The notes beneath the pieces were generated by a model, which saw nothing but the letters and a program-made list of their open reading frames with translations, made no database searches and was not told the DNA's origin. Source: Polyangiales bacterium (GTDB lineage: Bacteria; Myxococcota_A; Polyangia; Polyangiales; Polyangiaceae). Taken from it: a DNA stretch of 64,000 bases. Numbering within the stretch: position 1 is the first letter of the stretch; every line of letters begins with the position of its first letter. Location of the stretch: contig JBBRNJ010000004.1 of NCBI GenBank assembly GCA_038230375.1, positions 1 to 64,000 of the forward strand, written 5' to 3'. Positions 36,543 through 46,104 of this stretch are shown in pieces. The position numbers and the translations under genes were made by a program.

Positions 36543-38824
36543 CCCAGCGCGGCGGTGGCGGTCCGGCCAGGGACGGCGTCGAGGTCCACGAGCTTGCCGC
36601 GGCGGTGGTTCATGGCGTCTACCGGCTCGTGAAGGCGTGTCAGTTCCACGCGGACGTCACGAACGACGTCATCACGTCACTCACGGCCGCCGCAACGACG
36701 GGCGTACACGACTACTGCGCGCGCGCCGGGACGGAGACGGTGGCACTCTCGTTCCTGGGCGATGCGATCTTCGTGAATCGTCAGATACTGAAGGTGTCGC
36801 GCGACATGCACGCGCTTGCCGCGGAGCTAGGCACGTTCCTCCGGAGCTGCGACGTGACCGAGCTCACCTTCGCGATGACGCTGACGCGCCCGTCGATGGC
36901 CACGTTCGCGAAGCTGCTTGCGGACGTCCAGAGGGACCGCTCTCTTGCGGCGCGGCTCACCGCCGGAGACATGCCCGGAATCACCGCCGGCAAGGCGAAA
37001 TTTGCGGCAGGCGGAAGCCAGACAGAGGAGTCGCCGGGGCAACGAGTCTCGCGCACGTACGCCACGTCGGTGCTGACCGTCCAGGCCGTGCTGGCCGACG
37101 TACGAGCCGGAAAGTTCGAGCTGCCGAAGAAGACAAAGCGCGTCGCGCAGCAGGTCGTCGCACGCGCGGATGAAGACGCGCGCTTGCTGGTGGCGCTCGC
37201 CGCGAACGGTGGCGGTAGCCTCGACGCCGCGACGATCGCCGTGGGCAGCGCGATCCTTGCCGTGGCCATGACCAGGCAGCTCACGTCGGACCGCGGAATC
37301 CTGGTGAACGCGGCCATGACGGCGCTCCTCTACGACGCGGGTCGCGTGGGGCTCGACGGTGGCGGCGACGGCCCGCTCCGAACGCTCAACGACGACGAGC
37401 TCGACGCAGTGCCGGCCCATACGGTGGTCGCCCTTACCGCGCTCGGGCGCATGCATGCGCCTGCACGCGCGCGGACGAGCCTGCTCTACGAGGTCTGGTC
37501 GATGCGTCGTGCGCACCGGCTCGGGCCGCTGTACAAAGGGCGCCGTCCGCCGTCGCTGCTCGCGCGCATCATCCATGTCGCGCGTGCATTCGCGGAGCTC
37601 CGCGGTGCCGGCGCAGAGGGCGGCTTCAGCATCGACGACGCGATCCAGGTGCTCACCCAGCGTGCGGCGGACGGCACCGACCGCGCGATCGTGAAGCTCT
37701 TCATCGGCGCGCTGGGGATCTATCCAGCCGGCACCATGGTGACGCTCAACACGGGAGAGCTCGGCGTCGTGTTGACCACGCCGGCAAACCCGCTCGACTA
37801 CGTCAGGCCGAGCGTGAAGATCCTCTACGATGCCGATGCAGGCCTGCTGGACACGCCGCTCGACGTCGACCTGGCAGCGCCTGCACCGGGTCAGCCACTT
37901 CGCTTCGTCGCTTCGGCCGTCGACGCCGACGAGCACCAGACGAAGGCGATGCGCAGCTACGTGACGGCGGCGGTGGCAGCCAAGCGCCGCGGTGCGATCG
38001 AGCCCGGCGCGAACGCCCCGCTGCTGCCGGCCGTCTCCATGCCGATGCCCATGGCGACGATCGGGCCGCTCACCTCGAAGCGGGCCTCGGGTGAGCTCCC
38101 GATCACGGTGCGCCCCGCAGCGGAGCCCATGCTGGAGAGCGGTGGCCTGGACCTGAGCGATCTGATGCGGCGGTCGACCAGCTCACCCGTCGCTCTATCC
38201 ATCAGTGAAGCGCCGCTCGTCACCACGAAGCCGCCTGCCCGCGACGATCTGATCAGCACGTCACCGCCGGTCGTGGACCTGATCAGCACGTCACCGCCGC
38301 TGCTGGAGCCCATCGAGAGCTCGCTTCCACCACTGCTGGACCCGATCATCAGCACCCAGCCGCCCGTCGAGGTCGCCCCCGCACGACGACGGGATCCACG
38401 GAACGACACCGCGCCACCGGCAGGCCTTGTGGAAGAGGTGCTCCGTCCAGTCCCGGTGATCAAGCGGCTGGTGTCTCTCAACATCGCTCTTCCGGATCCC
38501 GCGCCGCTCCGCACGCCGCCAACGCCGGCGACCCCGCCGACCGTCGAGAGCTGGGAGGACTTCGATCTCGGCCCCGAGCGTGAGCCCGTGCTGACCGATC
38601 CTGCACCTCCGCCTGCCATGGAGATGGAGGCGTCCCATCGCCCGCCAGTGGCGTTGGCGCCCCCGGCGCCGGTAGCGTTGCCGCCTCCGGTAGCGTTGCC
38701 GTCGCCACCCGCGCCGCGCAGTCCGCCGTCTTTCGGGCCGGAGAAAGGCGTCGATGCGTTCCTGGACGACGCACTTCGTGAGCTGAGTCAGCCGCCGCCG
38801 GCGAAGGATCCGAAGAAGGGCTAG
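36539..38824 (+). CDS. Degenerate HD-GYP-like protein with a Pro-rich tail
   Basis: GTGA overlap with the kinase. ALLYDAG, LARIIHVARAFAE and LGIYPAGTMVTLNTGELGVV match the HD-GYP scaffold without its metal ligands. Confidence 0.75.
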   Translation: MTQRGGGGPARDGVEVHELAAAVVHGVYRLVKACQFHADVTNDVITSLTAAATTGVHDYCARAGTETVALSFLGDAIFVNRQILKVSRDMHALAAELGTFLRSCDVTELTFAMTLTRPSMATFAKLLADVQRDRSLAARLTAGDMPGITAGKAKFAAGGSQTEESPGQRVSRTYATSVLTVQAVLADVRAGKFELPKKTKRVAQQVVARADEDARLLVALAANGGGSLDAATIAVGSAILAVAMTRQLTSDRGILVNAAMTALLYDAGRVGLDGGGDGPLRTLNDDELDAVPAHTVVALTALGRMHAPARARTSLLYEVWSMRRAHRLGPLYKGRRPPSLLARIIHVARAFAELRGAGAEGGFSIDDAIQVLTQRAADGTDRAIVKLFIGALGIYPAGTMVTLNTGELGVVLTTPANPLDYVRPSVKILYDADAGLLDTPLDVDLAAPAPGQPLRFVASAVDADEHQTKAMRSYVTAAVAAKRRGAIEPGANAPLLPAVSMPMPMATIGPLTSKRASGELPITVRPAAEPMLESGGLDLSDLMRRSTSSPVALSISEAPLVTTKPPARDDLISTSPPVVDLISTSPPLLEPIESSLPPLLDPIISTQPPVEVAPARRRDPRNDTAPPAGLVEEVLRPVPVIKRLVSLNIALPDPAPLRTPPTPATPPTVESWEDFDLGPEREPVLTDPAPPPAMEMEASHRPPVALAPPAPVALPPPVALPSPPAPRSPPSFGPEKGVDAFLDDALRELSQPPPAKDPKKG

Positions 38825-38858
38825 CCGAGCTGCGCTACACTGTCGTCGTGGGTCCCAC

Positions 38859-40217
38859 GTGAGAGCGGCTGATCTCGAAGAGCTCGCGCGCGAGCGCATC
38901 GGGCAGACCGTCGGCGGCAAGTGGACGCTGGAGTCGCTCATCGGCGTGGGCGGCGTCGCCGCTGTGTATGCCGCACGCCACAAGAACGGCAACAGGGTCG
39001 CCATCAAGATCCTGCATGAGCGCTTCCATCGCGAGAAGACCATCCGTCAGCGCTTCCTTCGCGAGGCGCGTATCGCCAATCAGGTCGACCACCCCGCCGT
39101 GGTGCGCTTCCAGGACGACGGCCTCACCGACGACGACGCGCCGTTCCTCGTGACCGAGCTGCTCTCCGGAAAGAACCTGGAGGATGCGCGCCAGGCGGAG
39201 GGCGGGACGTTGCCGCTCGAGGAGGTGAAGCGCATCGGTTCGCTCGTCCTATCGGTGCTCGAGATCGCGCACGCCGCCGGCGTGATCCACCGCGACCTGA
39301 AGCCCGCGAACCTGTTCCGCAAGGACGACGGCACGCTCTACGTGCTGGATTTCGGCCTTGCGCGCGCTCTGGAGGACACGGACGACAGCGGCTCCAACGC
39401 GTCGGCGCTCACCTCCGCGGACTCGTTGCTCGGCACCGTGGGCTACATGGCGCCGGAGCAGGCGCAGGGGCGCTGGGATCTCGTCGGCCCTCAGACGGAT
39501 CTCTGGGCCGTGGGCGCCACCCTGGTCAAGCTCGCGACGGGCCTGGACATCCACGAGTCACAGACCGCGCAAGGGCGCCTCGTGCTCGCCGCCACGAAGC
39601 CGGCGCAGAAGGTGAGAGAGCGCGCGCCCCAGGTGCCGCAGGACTTCGCCGACGCGCTCGACAAGTCGCTCGCGTTCTCGCAGAAGGATCGGTTCTCGTC
39701 GGCGCGCATCTTCCGTCACGCGCTCACGGGCACGCTGTCCTCGCGCGGGTCGATCTCCCCCGAGGCGGGGCCATCGCCAGGCGGCGCGGCTGATGCCACG
39801 TCGCAAGAACGGCCTCGCCGCTCCATGCTCGGCGTGCTTCTGGTGCTCGCGATCATCGCCGTCGCGGTGGGCGTTGGCGTCAAGCTCGTGAACCCCAGCA
39901 TCACCACGGACCCACCACGCACCACCAGCGCGGTCGGCTCCGCGCCCAGCACCACTGCACCACAGCCGCCGGCGAGCAGTGCCGTCGGGCTGACCTCACC
40001 GCCTCCCTCCGCGTCGATCGCGAGCGGGGCGCCCACGCCGAGCAGCACGCAGAGCCCGGGCACGTCACCAGGCGGGCGACCGCTACAGAGGGTCCCACCC
40101 GGTGCTGGCGCGGGGAGCGTGACAGCTTCTTCATCGTCCGCGCCCTCGGCGCAGGGCGGCAATGCAGCGCATCCTCCGGGCAGCGCGAGCGCCGATCCAC
40201 TGGACAAACGACGCTAG
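38859..40217 (+). CDS. Transmembrane Ser/Thr protein kinase
   Basis: GVGGVAAVY, VAIKIL, HRDLKPAN, DFG and APE motifs; TM helix; Ser/Pro-rich tail ending DPLDKRR. Confidence 0.93.
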   Translation: MRAADLEELARERIGQTVGGKWTLESLIGVGGVAAVYAARHKNGNRVAIKILHERFHREKTIRQRFLREARIANQVDHPAVVRFQDDGLTDDDAPFLVTELLSGKNLEDARQAEGGTLPLEEVKRIGSLVLSVLEIAHAAGVIHRDLKPANLFRKDDGTLYVLDFGLARALEDTDDSGSNASALTSADSLLGTVGYMAPEQAQGRWDLVGPQTDLWAVGATLVKLATGLDIHESQTAQGRLVLAATKPAQKVRERAPQVPQDFADALDKSLAFSQKDRFSSARIFRHALTGTLSSRGSISPEAGPSPGGAADATSQERPRRSMLGVLLVLAIIAVAVGVGVKLVNPSITTDPPRTTSAVGSAPSTTAPQPPASSAVGLTSPPPSASIASGAPTPSSTQSPGTSPGGRPLQRVPPGAGAGSVTASSSSAPSAQGGNAAHPPGSASADPLDKRR

Positions 40218-40264
40218 AAAAGACTCTCCCCACAACGGCCGATCCGTGGGTAAAGTGCCGGCCC

Positions 40265-40981
40265 ATGAAGACCGCCAGCACCACGACTGCCTACCTTCTA
40301 CGTCGCGTCCTTCCGGTGAGCGCCGCCCTGCTGTGTGCTGGCTGCCTGGTCGCCGGATGTGATGACGACAGCAAGCCGGCGAACGAGAGCACCATCGACG
40401 TGTCGAAGCTCCAGTTCGATCTGAGCGGCGTCGTCAGCGGCATCAACGATACTCACTGCCAGGGCGGCGACGCCGGCGTGAAGCGCCAGCCCGTGAACTT
40501 CCCGGGGTGCGGACTGGGCGAGGGCGGCAGTGTCACCACGAAGGCGGGCACCGATGGCGGCGCGGCTGGTGGCGACACGGCGGCGACGCTCTACAACAAC
40601 ATCGGCTTCGACGACGACTGCAAGTACTCCGTGACCTGGGAGGCCTCCAAGATCGCCCAGAAGAAGGACGTCTACTTCCAGGTCTCCGCAGCCCTCACCA
40701 CGAACAACAACGCGCTCTCGGGCGCCGCGCCGTACGTGGAGGCGTTCCTCGATCCGACCCACCCCGCCCTCGACGGCTCGAAGAAGCCCTCGGCCGTGGA
40801 AGTGACGCCCGGCACCTATGTGATCGGGCCCTACCAGTTCGACGCCGCGGGCGTCTGGACCGCGCGCTTCCACTTCTACGCAAACTGCTCGGAGGGGTTG
40901 GATTCGCCTCACGGTCACGCGGCGTTCTTCGTCGGAGTGCCTGCGAGCGCGAGCGCGAGCGCGAACGCTGGCGACCAGTAG
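40265..40981 (+). CDS. Lipoprotein with a YtkA/FixH-like C-terminal domain
   Basis: Lipobox VAGC; PGTYVIGPYQFDAAGVWTARFHF; SPHGHAAF. Confidence 0.65.
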   Translation: MKTASTTTAYLLRRVLPVSAALLCAGCLVAGCDDDSKPANESTIDVSKLQFDLSGVVSGINDTHCQGGDAGVKRQPVNFPGCGLGEGGSVTTKAGTDGGAAGGDTAATLYNNIGFDDDCKYSVTWEASKIAQKKDVYFQVSAALTTNNNALSGAAPYVEAFLDPTHPALDGSKKPSAVEVTPGTYVIGPYQFDAAGVWTARFHFYANCSEGLDSPHGHAAFFVGVPASASASANAGDQ

Positions 40982-41029
40982 CAAACAAACCGCTGGCGGG
41001 AGACCGCATCAGCTGGGAGCATTGAGTAG

Positions 41030-41902
41030 ATGCTGCCGCGCCGGACGATCATCTTTGCGAGCGCCGCGCTCACGCTAGCGGGCGTCTCGGTCGCGTGCGG
41101 GCTCTCCACGCTCGGCACGGGTGATCCGTTCTATGGCTCGTTCGACGGCGCGACCGATCACACCGTGCTGGATTCGGCGGAGGGCGACAGCGACGGCGCG
41201 GTGAACGGCGCAGACGGAGCCTCCATGCTGGTGGACGGCGCTTCCGATGCGGATGCGGCGCTCGACGCGGGCACCCGCGCAGACGCCTCGGATGGCGCGC
41301 CCATCTGCTCGGCCGCTTGCGCGGCTGCGGGCGGCACGTGCAGCGGCAGCGTATGCACCATCGATTGCACCAACTCCGTGGTCGGCGGTTGCGCGACTCC
41401 CACGTGTCCGCCTGGGCACAGCTGCATCATCAAGTGTGGAGGCGGCGACTGCCACGGCGCCGTGAGCTGCGCGAATGCCGTGGCGTGTGACATCCAGTGC
41501 ACCGGCGGCGACTCGTGTCAGGGCGGCGTCGTGTGTGGCGGCGCGCTATGCAGCGTGGAGTGCGCCGGCGGCGGCTCGTGTCACTCGGACATCACGTGCA
41601 ACGCTGCGCGCTGCAACATCAAGTGCTCGGCGGGCGACACGTGCACCAAGGACGTCACTTGCTCCGCCGCGATCGGCTGCTCGATCTCGTGCTCCAACAG
41701 CGCCGTCTGCGACACCCTCGAGCTGGGCGCACCGGACGCGGCAGTTTCCTGCGCCGGTAACGACTGCAAGGACGTGAGCTGCTACGCAGACGGCGGGCAG
41801 TGCAGGCTCGGCTGCGCCGGCAGCTCGTGCGGGGGGACAATCTGCTGCTCCGGCAAGTGCACCGGCACGAACAACGGCAGCGGCGTGAGCCCCTGCCCCT
41901 GA
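41030..41902 (+). CDS. Cys-rich repeat lipoprotein
   Basis: Lipobox SVAC; DGA linker; repeated C-x-I-x-C-x-G-G-x-x-C units. Confidence 0.8.
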   Translation: MLPRRTIIFASAALTLAGVSVACGLSTLGTGDPFYGSFDGATDHTVLDSAEGDSDGAVNGADGASMLVDGASDADAALDAGTRADASDGAPICSAACAAAGGTCSGSVCTIDCTNSVVGGCATPTCPPGHSCIIKCGGGDCHGAVSCANAVACDIQCTGGDSCQGGVVCGGALCSVECAGGGSCHSDITCNAARCNIKCSAGDTCTKDVTCSAAIGCSISCSNSAVCDTLELGAPDAAVSCAGNDCKDVSCYADGGQCRLGCAGSSCGGTICCSGKCTGTNNGSGVSPCP

Positions 41903-41972
41903 TCTGTCGCATCTGTCACGACGGGGAGCCCTTCGCATTCGAGCGCGAAGAGCCCCGCCGCGCAGCGCGGTC

Positions 41973-42473
41973 TCACTGGCCGCAGACGGTCTTCTTGCGC
42001 GCCTCGTACTGCTGACGGCCCTCGTTCCAGTACTTCTCGTCCGTCTCGTTCTGTGTGCCGACGAGCTGGCTGTCCGTCGCGACGGTGCGGCCCTGGCTGT
42101 CCTGGACGCGGCCCGTCTCCACCTTCTGCACGCCCTCTTCGCGGACGCGGACGCGGAACTTCGCCTTCTGTCCGTCCTTCACGACCAGGATCTTCTCAAG
42201 CTCCTTCTGCGTGCCGTAGCCCTCGACCTGCTTGAACTCGGTCTCGAGCGTGTCGGAGTCCTGGTTCTTCACGGAGTAGCCGGCGAGCACGAGGTTCTTC
42301 TTGATGCTCGCGAGATCGCCCGAGCCGCACGTGGTGAGGTCGGCGACCTGCGTGTCCGGCATGGGCGTGCGCGCGAGGCCCGGGAAGAAGGCCGCGCAGC
42401 CGGTCGCCGCGGACGGCGCAGTGATGGCAAAGAGGGCGGTGGCTGCTGCGAGGAGGATGTTCTTCGTGGACAT
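41973..42473 (-). CDS. Exported hypothetical (lipo)protein
   Basis: GGAG SD; MSTKNILLAAATALFA...ATGC. Confidence 0.75.
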   Translation of the reverse strand: MSTKNILLAAATALFAITAPSAATGCAAFFPGLARTPMPDTQVADLTTCGSGDLASIKKNLVLAGYSVKNQDSDTLETEFKQVEGYGTQKELEKILVVKDGQKAKFRVRVREEGVQKVETGRVQDSQGRTVATDSQLVGTQNETDEKYWNEGRQQYEARKKTVCGQ

Positions 42474-42543
42474 GATCAGTGCTCCGGATGATGGCGAGTT
42501 ACGCCCTCGCGTTCTTGCGAGACGGCGTCGTGCGGTCGCCTTC

Positions 42544-42559
42544 AGCAATGCGCGGGCCA
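42544..42559 (-). promoter_or_regulatory. Sigma54 (-24/-12) promoter
   Basis: Minus-strand TGGCCCG-CGCA-TTGCT, near consensus, 70 nt upstream of the ATG at 42473. Confidence 0.75.
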
Positions 42560-42609
42560 TCGCGGAAACCCTGAAAATTCCGCTGCAGCCGCGTATTCGG
42601 GCCGTTGCT

Positions 42610-42660
42610 CCGGAACCATTTTTCGCGAACGAGGAGCCGCCCGGAAACGAATTTCCGGGC
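42610..42660. promoter_or_regulatory. Inverted-repeat pair: putative enhancer sites and/or terminator hairpin
   Basis: GCCCGGAAA-CGAA-TTTCCGGGC (42639-42660) and a degenerate copy CCGGAACCATTTTTCGCG 31 bp away. Confidence 0.5.
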
Positions 42661-43091
42661 TACTTCTTCCCGAGCTTCTTCTTCAGCGCGGCAAGGTCGT
42701 CGTCGACGGCCTTCTCGAGATCGGCTTCCTTCTGCGCGCGGTCCTTCACGAACTTGTCGTAGTCGCGCGTGAGCGGCTCCTTGGGCTTCGGCGGCGCATC
42801 GCTCTTCGCGCCCTTGCTCTTGGTGCTCGCGTTGTCCTTGGATCGGGCACGTTCACGTTCACGTTCACGGGTTTCGTGGGAGCTCGGCGGCGCTTCGTCG
42901 TCGTCCGATTTTTTGTCGGAGTCGGGACCGAAGATCGCGTTCTCGATCGACTTGCCCATGCTGTCGAGCGCGTTCTTCGCGGTGTCCTTCGTCTTCTGCA
43001 GCGCCATGTCCGCGGCGCGCTCCATGGCCTTCTTCTCCAGCTCGGCCTTCTTCTTCTCGGCGCGGTCCTTCAGCTTGTCCCAGAGTCCCAT
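42660..43091 (-). CDS. Charged hypothetical protein with a PspA-like C-terminal tail
   Basis: MGLWDKLK start, 1 nt after the upstream stop. Ends VDDDLAALKKKLGKK. Confidence 0.7.
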   Translation of the reverse strand: MGLWDKLKDRAEKKKAELEKKAMERAADMALQKTKDTAKNALDSMGKSIENAIFGPDSDKKSDDDEAPPSSHETRERERERARSKDNASTKSKGAKSDAPPKPKEPLTRDYDKFVKDRAQKEADLEKAVDDDLAALKKKLGKK

Positions 43092-43092
43092 G

Positions 43093-44130
43093 TCAGAACG
43101 AGCCTCCGAGCAGCATGCCGTTCGGCGCCGCACCCAGGTGAAGCTTCTCCACGGGTAGCCAAGCGCTCTTCTTCTCCGCCCTGGGCGACAGCACGATCAG
43201 CGTGATGCCGCCGGCGAGCAGGACACCGCCAGCGATGAACGAGACGGTGCTCACGGTGGAGAACGTGCGGCCATCCGACTGCGCAGCGGAGCCAGTGGAG
43301 TCACATCCGATCACTGGACCGGTCGTGGGGCAGTGCGAGTCCGTGACGTTCTTCTTGCCGATCGTCAGCACGCCGAAGACAGAGCCGATGGCGATCCCCG
43401 CGATACCAGCACCGCCAGCGATGAAGCCGACAGTACGCAGCGGGGACGTCTCGCTCGTGGCGCCGCCATCCCCAGTTCCCGCGGACCCGCCTTCGGGCCT
43501 GCCGGTGACCTTCTCGGTGCTGATCTCTCCGAGCTGGACCGTGTAGGCCTCCTTGCCGCCCTCCGCGAGCTTCACAGCGACGGCGAGATCCTTGCGACCG
43601 GGCGACTTGATGACCACGCGATGGTCACCCGGATCCTCTGGCAGCGCGACGCCCAGGCTGGCGACGGAGAGCTCCACGTCGTCCACCGTGATCTTCGTGC
43701 CTTCGGGAAGGGTCTTGTCGGCGCGCAACGTGAGGCGCGCGAGGCGAGGCTCGAGCGCGTCGCGCAGCGTCTTGGCGACCACCTTGCGATCGTCGCCCTC
43801 GGGCAGACCTTCCATGGCGGCCCGTGCGTGCTCCCACGCGAGCGATAGCTTGCCGACCTTCTCCTCCGCGACCGCGAGATTCACGAGCGTACCCGGCGCC
43901 GGATCCAACCGCTGGCTCTCTGCGAACATCGCGCGCGCCTTCTCGAACTCGCCGCGCTTCATCGCCGCGCGACCATCCAGGAAGAACTGCTCGGCGGCCG
44001 GCGACCCCTCGGCCCGCGCCGTCCGCTCGGAGGACAACACTGACACCAGCGTCGCGCATGTCGTGACGAGAAGGAGGCCGGCGCTTGCTGCTGAAGCGCC
44101 GAACACCCTGGTTTTCCGAGCCAAACGCAC
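43093..44130 (-). CDS. TPR plus PEGA-like domain membrane protein
   Basis: AEQFFLDGR...ESQRLDPAPGTLVNLA; VALPEDPGDHRVVIKSPG; C-terminal Gly-rich helices; ends GGSF. Confidence 0.85.
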   Translation of the reverse strand: MRLARKTRVFGASAASAGLLLVTTCATLVSVLSSERTARAEGSPAAEQFFLDGRAAMKRGEFEKARAMFAESQRLDPAPGTLVNLAVAEEKVGKLSLAWEHARAAMEGLPEGDDRKVVAKTLRDALEPRLARLTLRADKTLPEGTKITVDDVELSVASLGVALPEDPGDHRVVIKSPGRKDLAVAVKLAEGGKEAYTVQLGEISTEKVTGRPEGGSAGTGDGGATSETSPLRTVGFIAGGAGIAGIAIGSVFGVLTIGKKNVTDSHCPTTGPVIGCDSTGSAAQSDGRTFSTVSTVSFIAGGVLLAGGITLIVLSPRAEKKSAWLPVEKLHLGAAPNGMLLGGSF

Positions 44131-44161
44131 GTCTCAGGTATACCATCGGCCTCGCGTCGAC

Positions 44162-46042
44162 ATGTCATCGAAAAAGACCGCTGCGCACTTCGTCGTTCTC
44201 ACCGCGTCCTCGGGTCGGGCCATCACGTCCGCCGCAGGCACGCTGCCTGGTGGCGTGTCGTTCTTCCCGCTGGACGCTGAAGTCGTGCGCATCGGCGCGG
44301 CTCCGGAGGCGGAGCTGTTCCTGTCGGACCCGGAGCTCTCGGGCATCCACGCCCGCGTGGAGCAGCGCGAGGAGGGCTACGTCCTTGTGCGCGAGCAGAA
44401 CCCGCTGCTCGTGAATGGCATGCGTGTGCGCGTGCACGTGCTGGCGCCGTTCGACATGGTCGTCATCGGAAAGAACGCGCTCTCGTTCCGCACGGGACCG
44501 CCGCCAAGCCTCGACGGCGTGGGCGGCTCGGTGTCTGCCGGCGCGGTCTCCGGAGCTCCGGCCGGGACACCGCGCGCCGGCGCACCGTCACACCTGGATG
44601 CGATCCGCAGGCTGACCACGTTCGCGGCGCGCGCGCAGGAAGGTGAGAACCCTGCCATCCTCGCCGAGCGCCTCATGGGCGACCTGCTTGCGCTCACCGG
44701 CGCCACGCGCGGAACGCTCGTTCGCCTCTCCCAGGACGAGGACCCGGTGAGCCTGGTCGCGTGCACGCAGGGCAGCTTCTCTGGTGGCGAGGTCGTCGTG
44801 AGCCGCACGCTGCTCGCGAATATGCGCGCGCTCGGCCAGCCGCTGTTCGTGGAGAACACGCTCACCGATCCGGATCTGGTCGGCGCTGCAAGCATCGCAG
44901 GCGAGCCCGCGCTCTCCGCGCTCTGCGCGCCCATCTTCTCCGAGGGTCGTATCGTCGGTGCGATCTACTTCTCGGCCCGCGCAAGCTCGCGCATGAACCG
45001 CGATGCGCTCGAGCTCGTGGAGCTCTACGCCACGCACGCGGTCTCCATCCTGGAGAGCGAGCGGAAGCAAGCGCGTCTCCGCGAGCGCTTGGATCTGCTC
45101 GGTGAAAAGAAGGACGACGACAGCCTCATCGTGGGCGACAGCGAGCCCATCCACGCGCTGAAGAAGATGCTGCGCAAGGTCTCCGGCTCGCGCGCGCCGG
45201 TGCTGGTGACGGGTGAGACGGGCACCGGCAAGGAGCTCGTTGCAAAGGAGATCCACCGGCTCTCCTTGCGCGCGCGCGGTCCGTTCGTCGCCGTGAACTG
45301 CGGCGCGATCCCGCACGAGCTCCTGGCGAGTGAGCTCTTCGGCCACAAGCGTGGCGCGTTCACCGGGGCAAGCGCGGATCGCCTTGGCTTCTTCCGCAGC
45401 GCGGAGGGCGGCACGTTGTTCCTGGACGAGGTGGGCGAGATGCCGCTCTCGCAGCAGGTGTCTCTGCTCCGCGTGCTGCAGGAAGAGCGCGTCTCGCCCG
45501 TGGGCTCGGAGGACAGCGTGGCGGTGGACGTGCGCGTGGTCTGCGCCACGAACCGCAACCTCCAGGAAGAGGTACAGACCGGCCGCTTCCGTCAGGACCT
45601 GTACTTCCGCCTGGCCGTGGTCGAGGTGCGCCTGCCGCCGCTTCGTGAGCGCCCGGGCGACGTGCTCCGGCTCGCGCAGCACTTCCTGCGCCGCTTCGCG
45701 AAGGAGCATGGCAACACGGCGCTCACCTTCTCCGACGACGCGCTCGTCGCGCTGCAACGCGCGCGCTGGGAGGGCAACGTACGCGAGCTCGAGGCCAGCA
45801 TTCGCCGCGCGGTGCTCATGACGGAGGACAACAACATCGGCGCGCGCGAGCTCGGGCTCGTGGCACCGAACCGGGGCAGCATGCCGCCCGCCCCGCTGGT
45901 CCGCCCGCTCTCCATGGCGCGTGACGAGTTCCTGCGCGGCTATGTCCGCGAGGTCGTCGACCGCTTCGGAGGCAACCGCACCGCCGCCGCCGACGCCCTC
46001 ATGGTCAGCGCACGAACCGTCTTCAAGTACATGGATGAGTGA
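44162..46042 (+). CDS. FHA-GAF sigma54-dependent enhancer-binding protein
   Basis: FHA-like LSGIHARV; GAF; GETGTGKE; ELFGHKRGAFTGA; LFLDEVGE; WEGNVREL; Fis-type HTH. Confidence 0.92.
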   Translation: MSSKKTAAHFVVLTASSGRAITSAAGTLPGGVSFFPLDAEVVRIGAAPEAELFLSDPELSGIHARVEQREEGYVLVREQNPLLVNGMRVRVHVLAPFDMVVIGKNALSFRTGPPPSLDGVGGSVSAGAVSGAPAGTPRAGAPSHLDAIRRLTTFAARAQEGENPAILAERLMGDLLALTGATRGTLVRLSQDEDPVSLVACTQGSFSGGEVVVSRTLLANMRALGQPLFVENTLTDPDLVGAASIAGEPALSALCAPIFSEGRIVGAIYFSARASSRMNRDALELVELYATHAVSILESERKQARLRERLDLLGEKKDDDSLIVGDSEPIHALKKMLRKVSGSRAPVLVTGETGTGKELVAKEIHRLSLRARGPFVAVNCGAIPHELLASELFGHKRGAFTGASADRLGFFRSAEGGTLFLDEVGEMPLSQQVSLLRVLQEERVSPVGSEDSVAVDVRVVCATNRNLQEEVQTGRFRQDLYFRLAVVEVRLPPLRERPGDVLRLAQHFLRRFAKEHGNTALTFSDDALVALQRARWEGNVRELEASIRRAVLMTEDNNIGARELGLVAPNRGSMPPAPLVRPLSMARDEFLRGYVREVVDRFGGNRTAAADALMVSARTVFKYMDE

Positions 46043-46104
46043 GCCAACCACGGTGGTGAAACACTTTGATTGGAACCTTCCAGTCGCCAAGATGTCGTCT
46101 CCAC

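Noticed and set aside
40942..42870. Short GCGAGC (approx. 40942-40963) and TTCACG (approx. 42848-42869) runs as members of the ACCTCG family
   Set aside because: Different units with only 3-4 copies, consistent with ordinary slippage in coding sequence.
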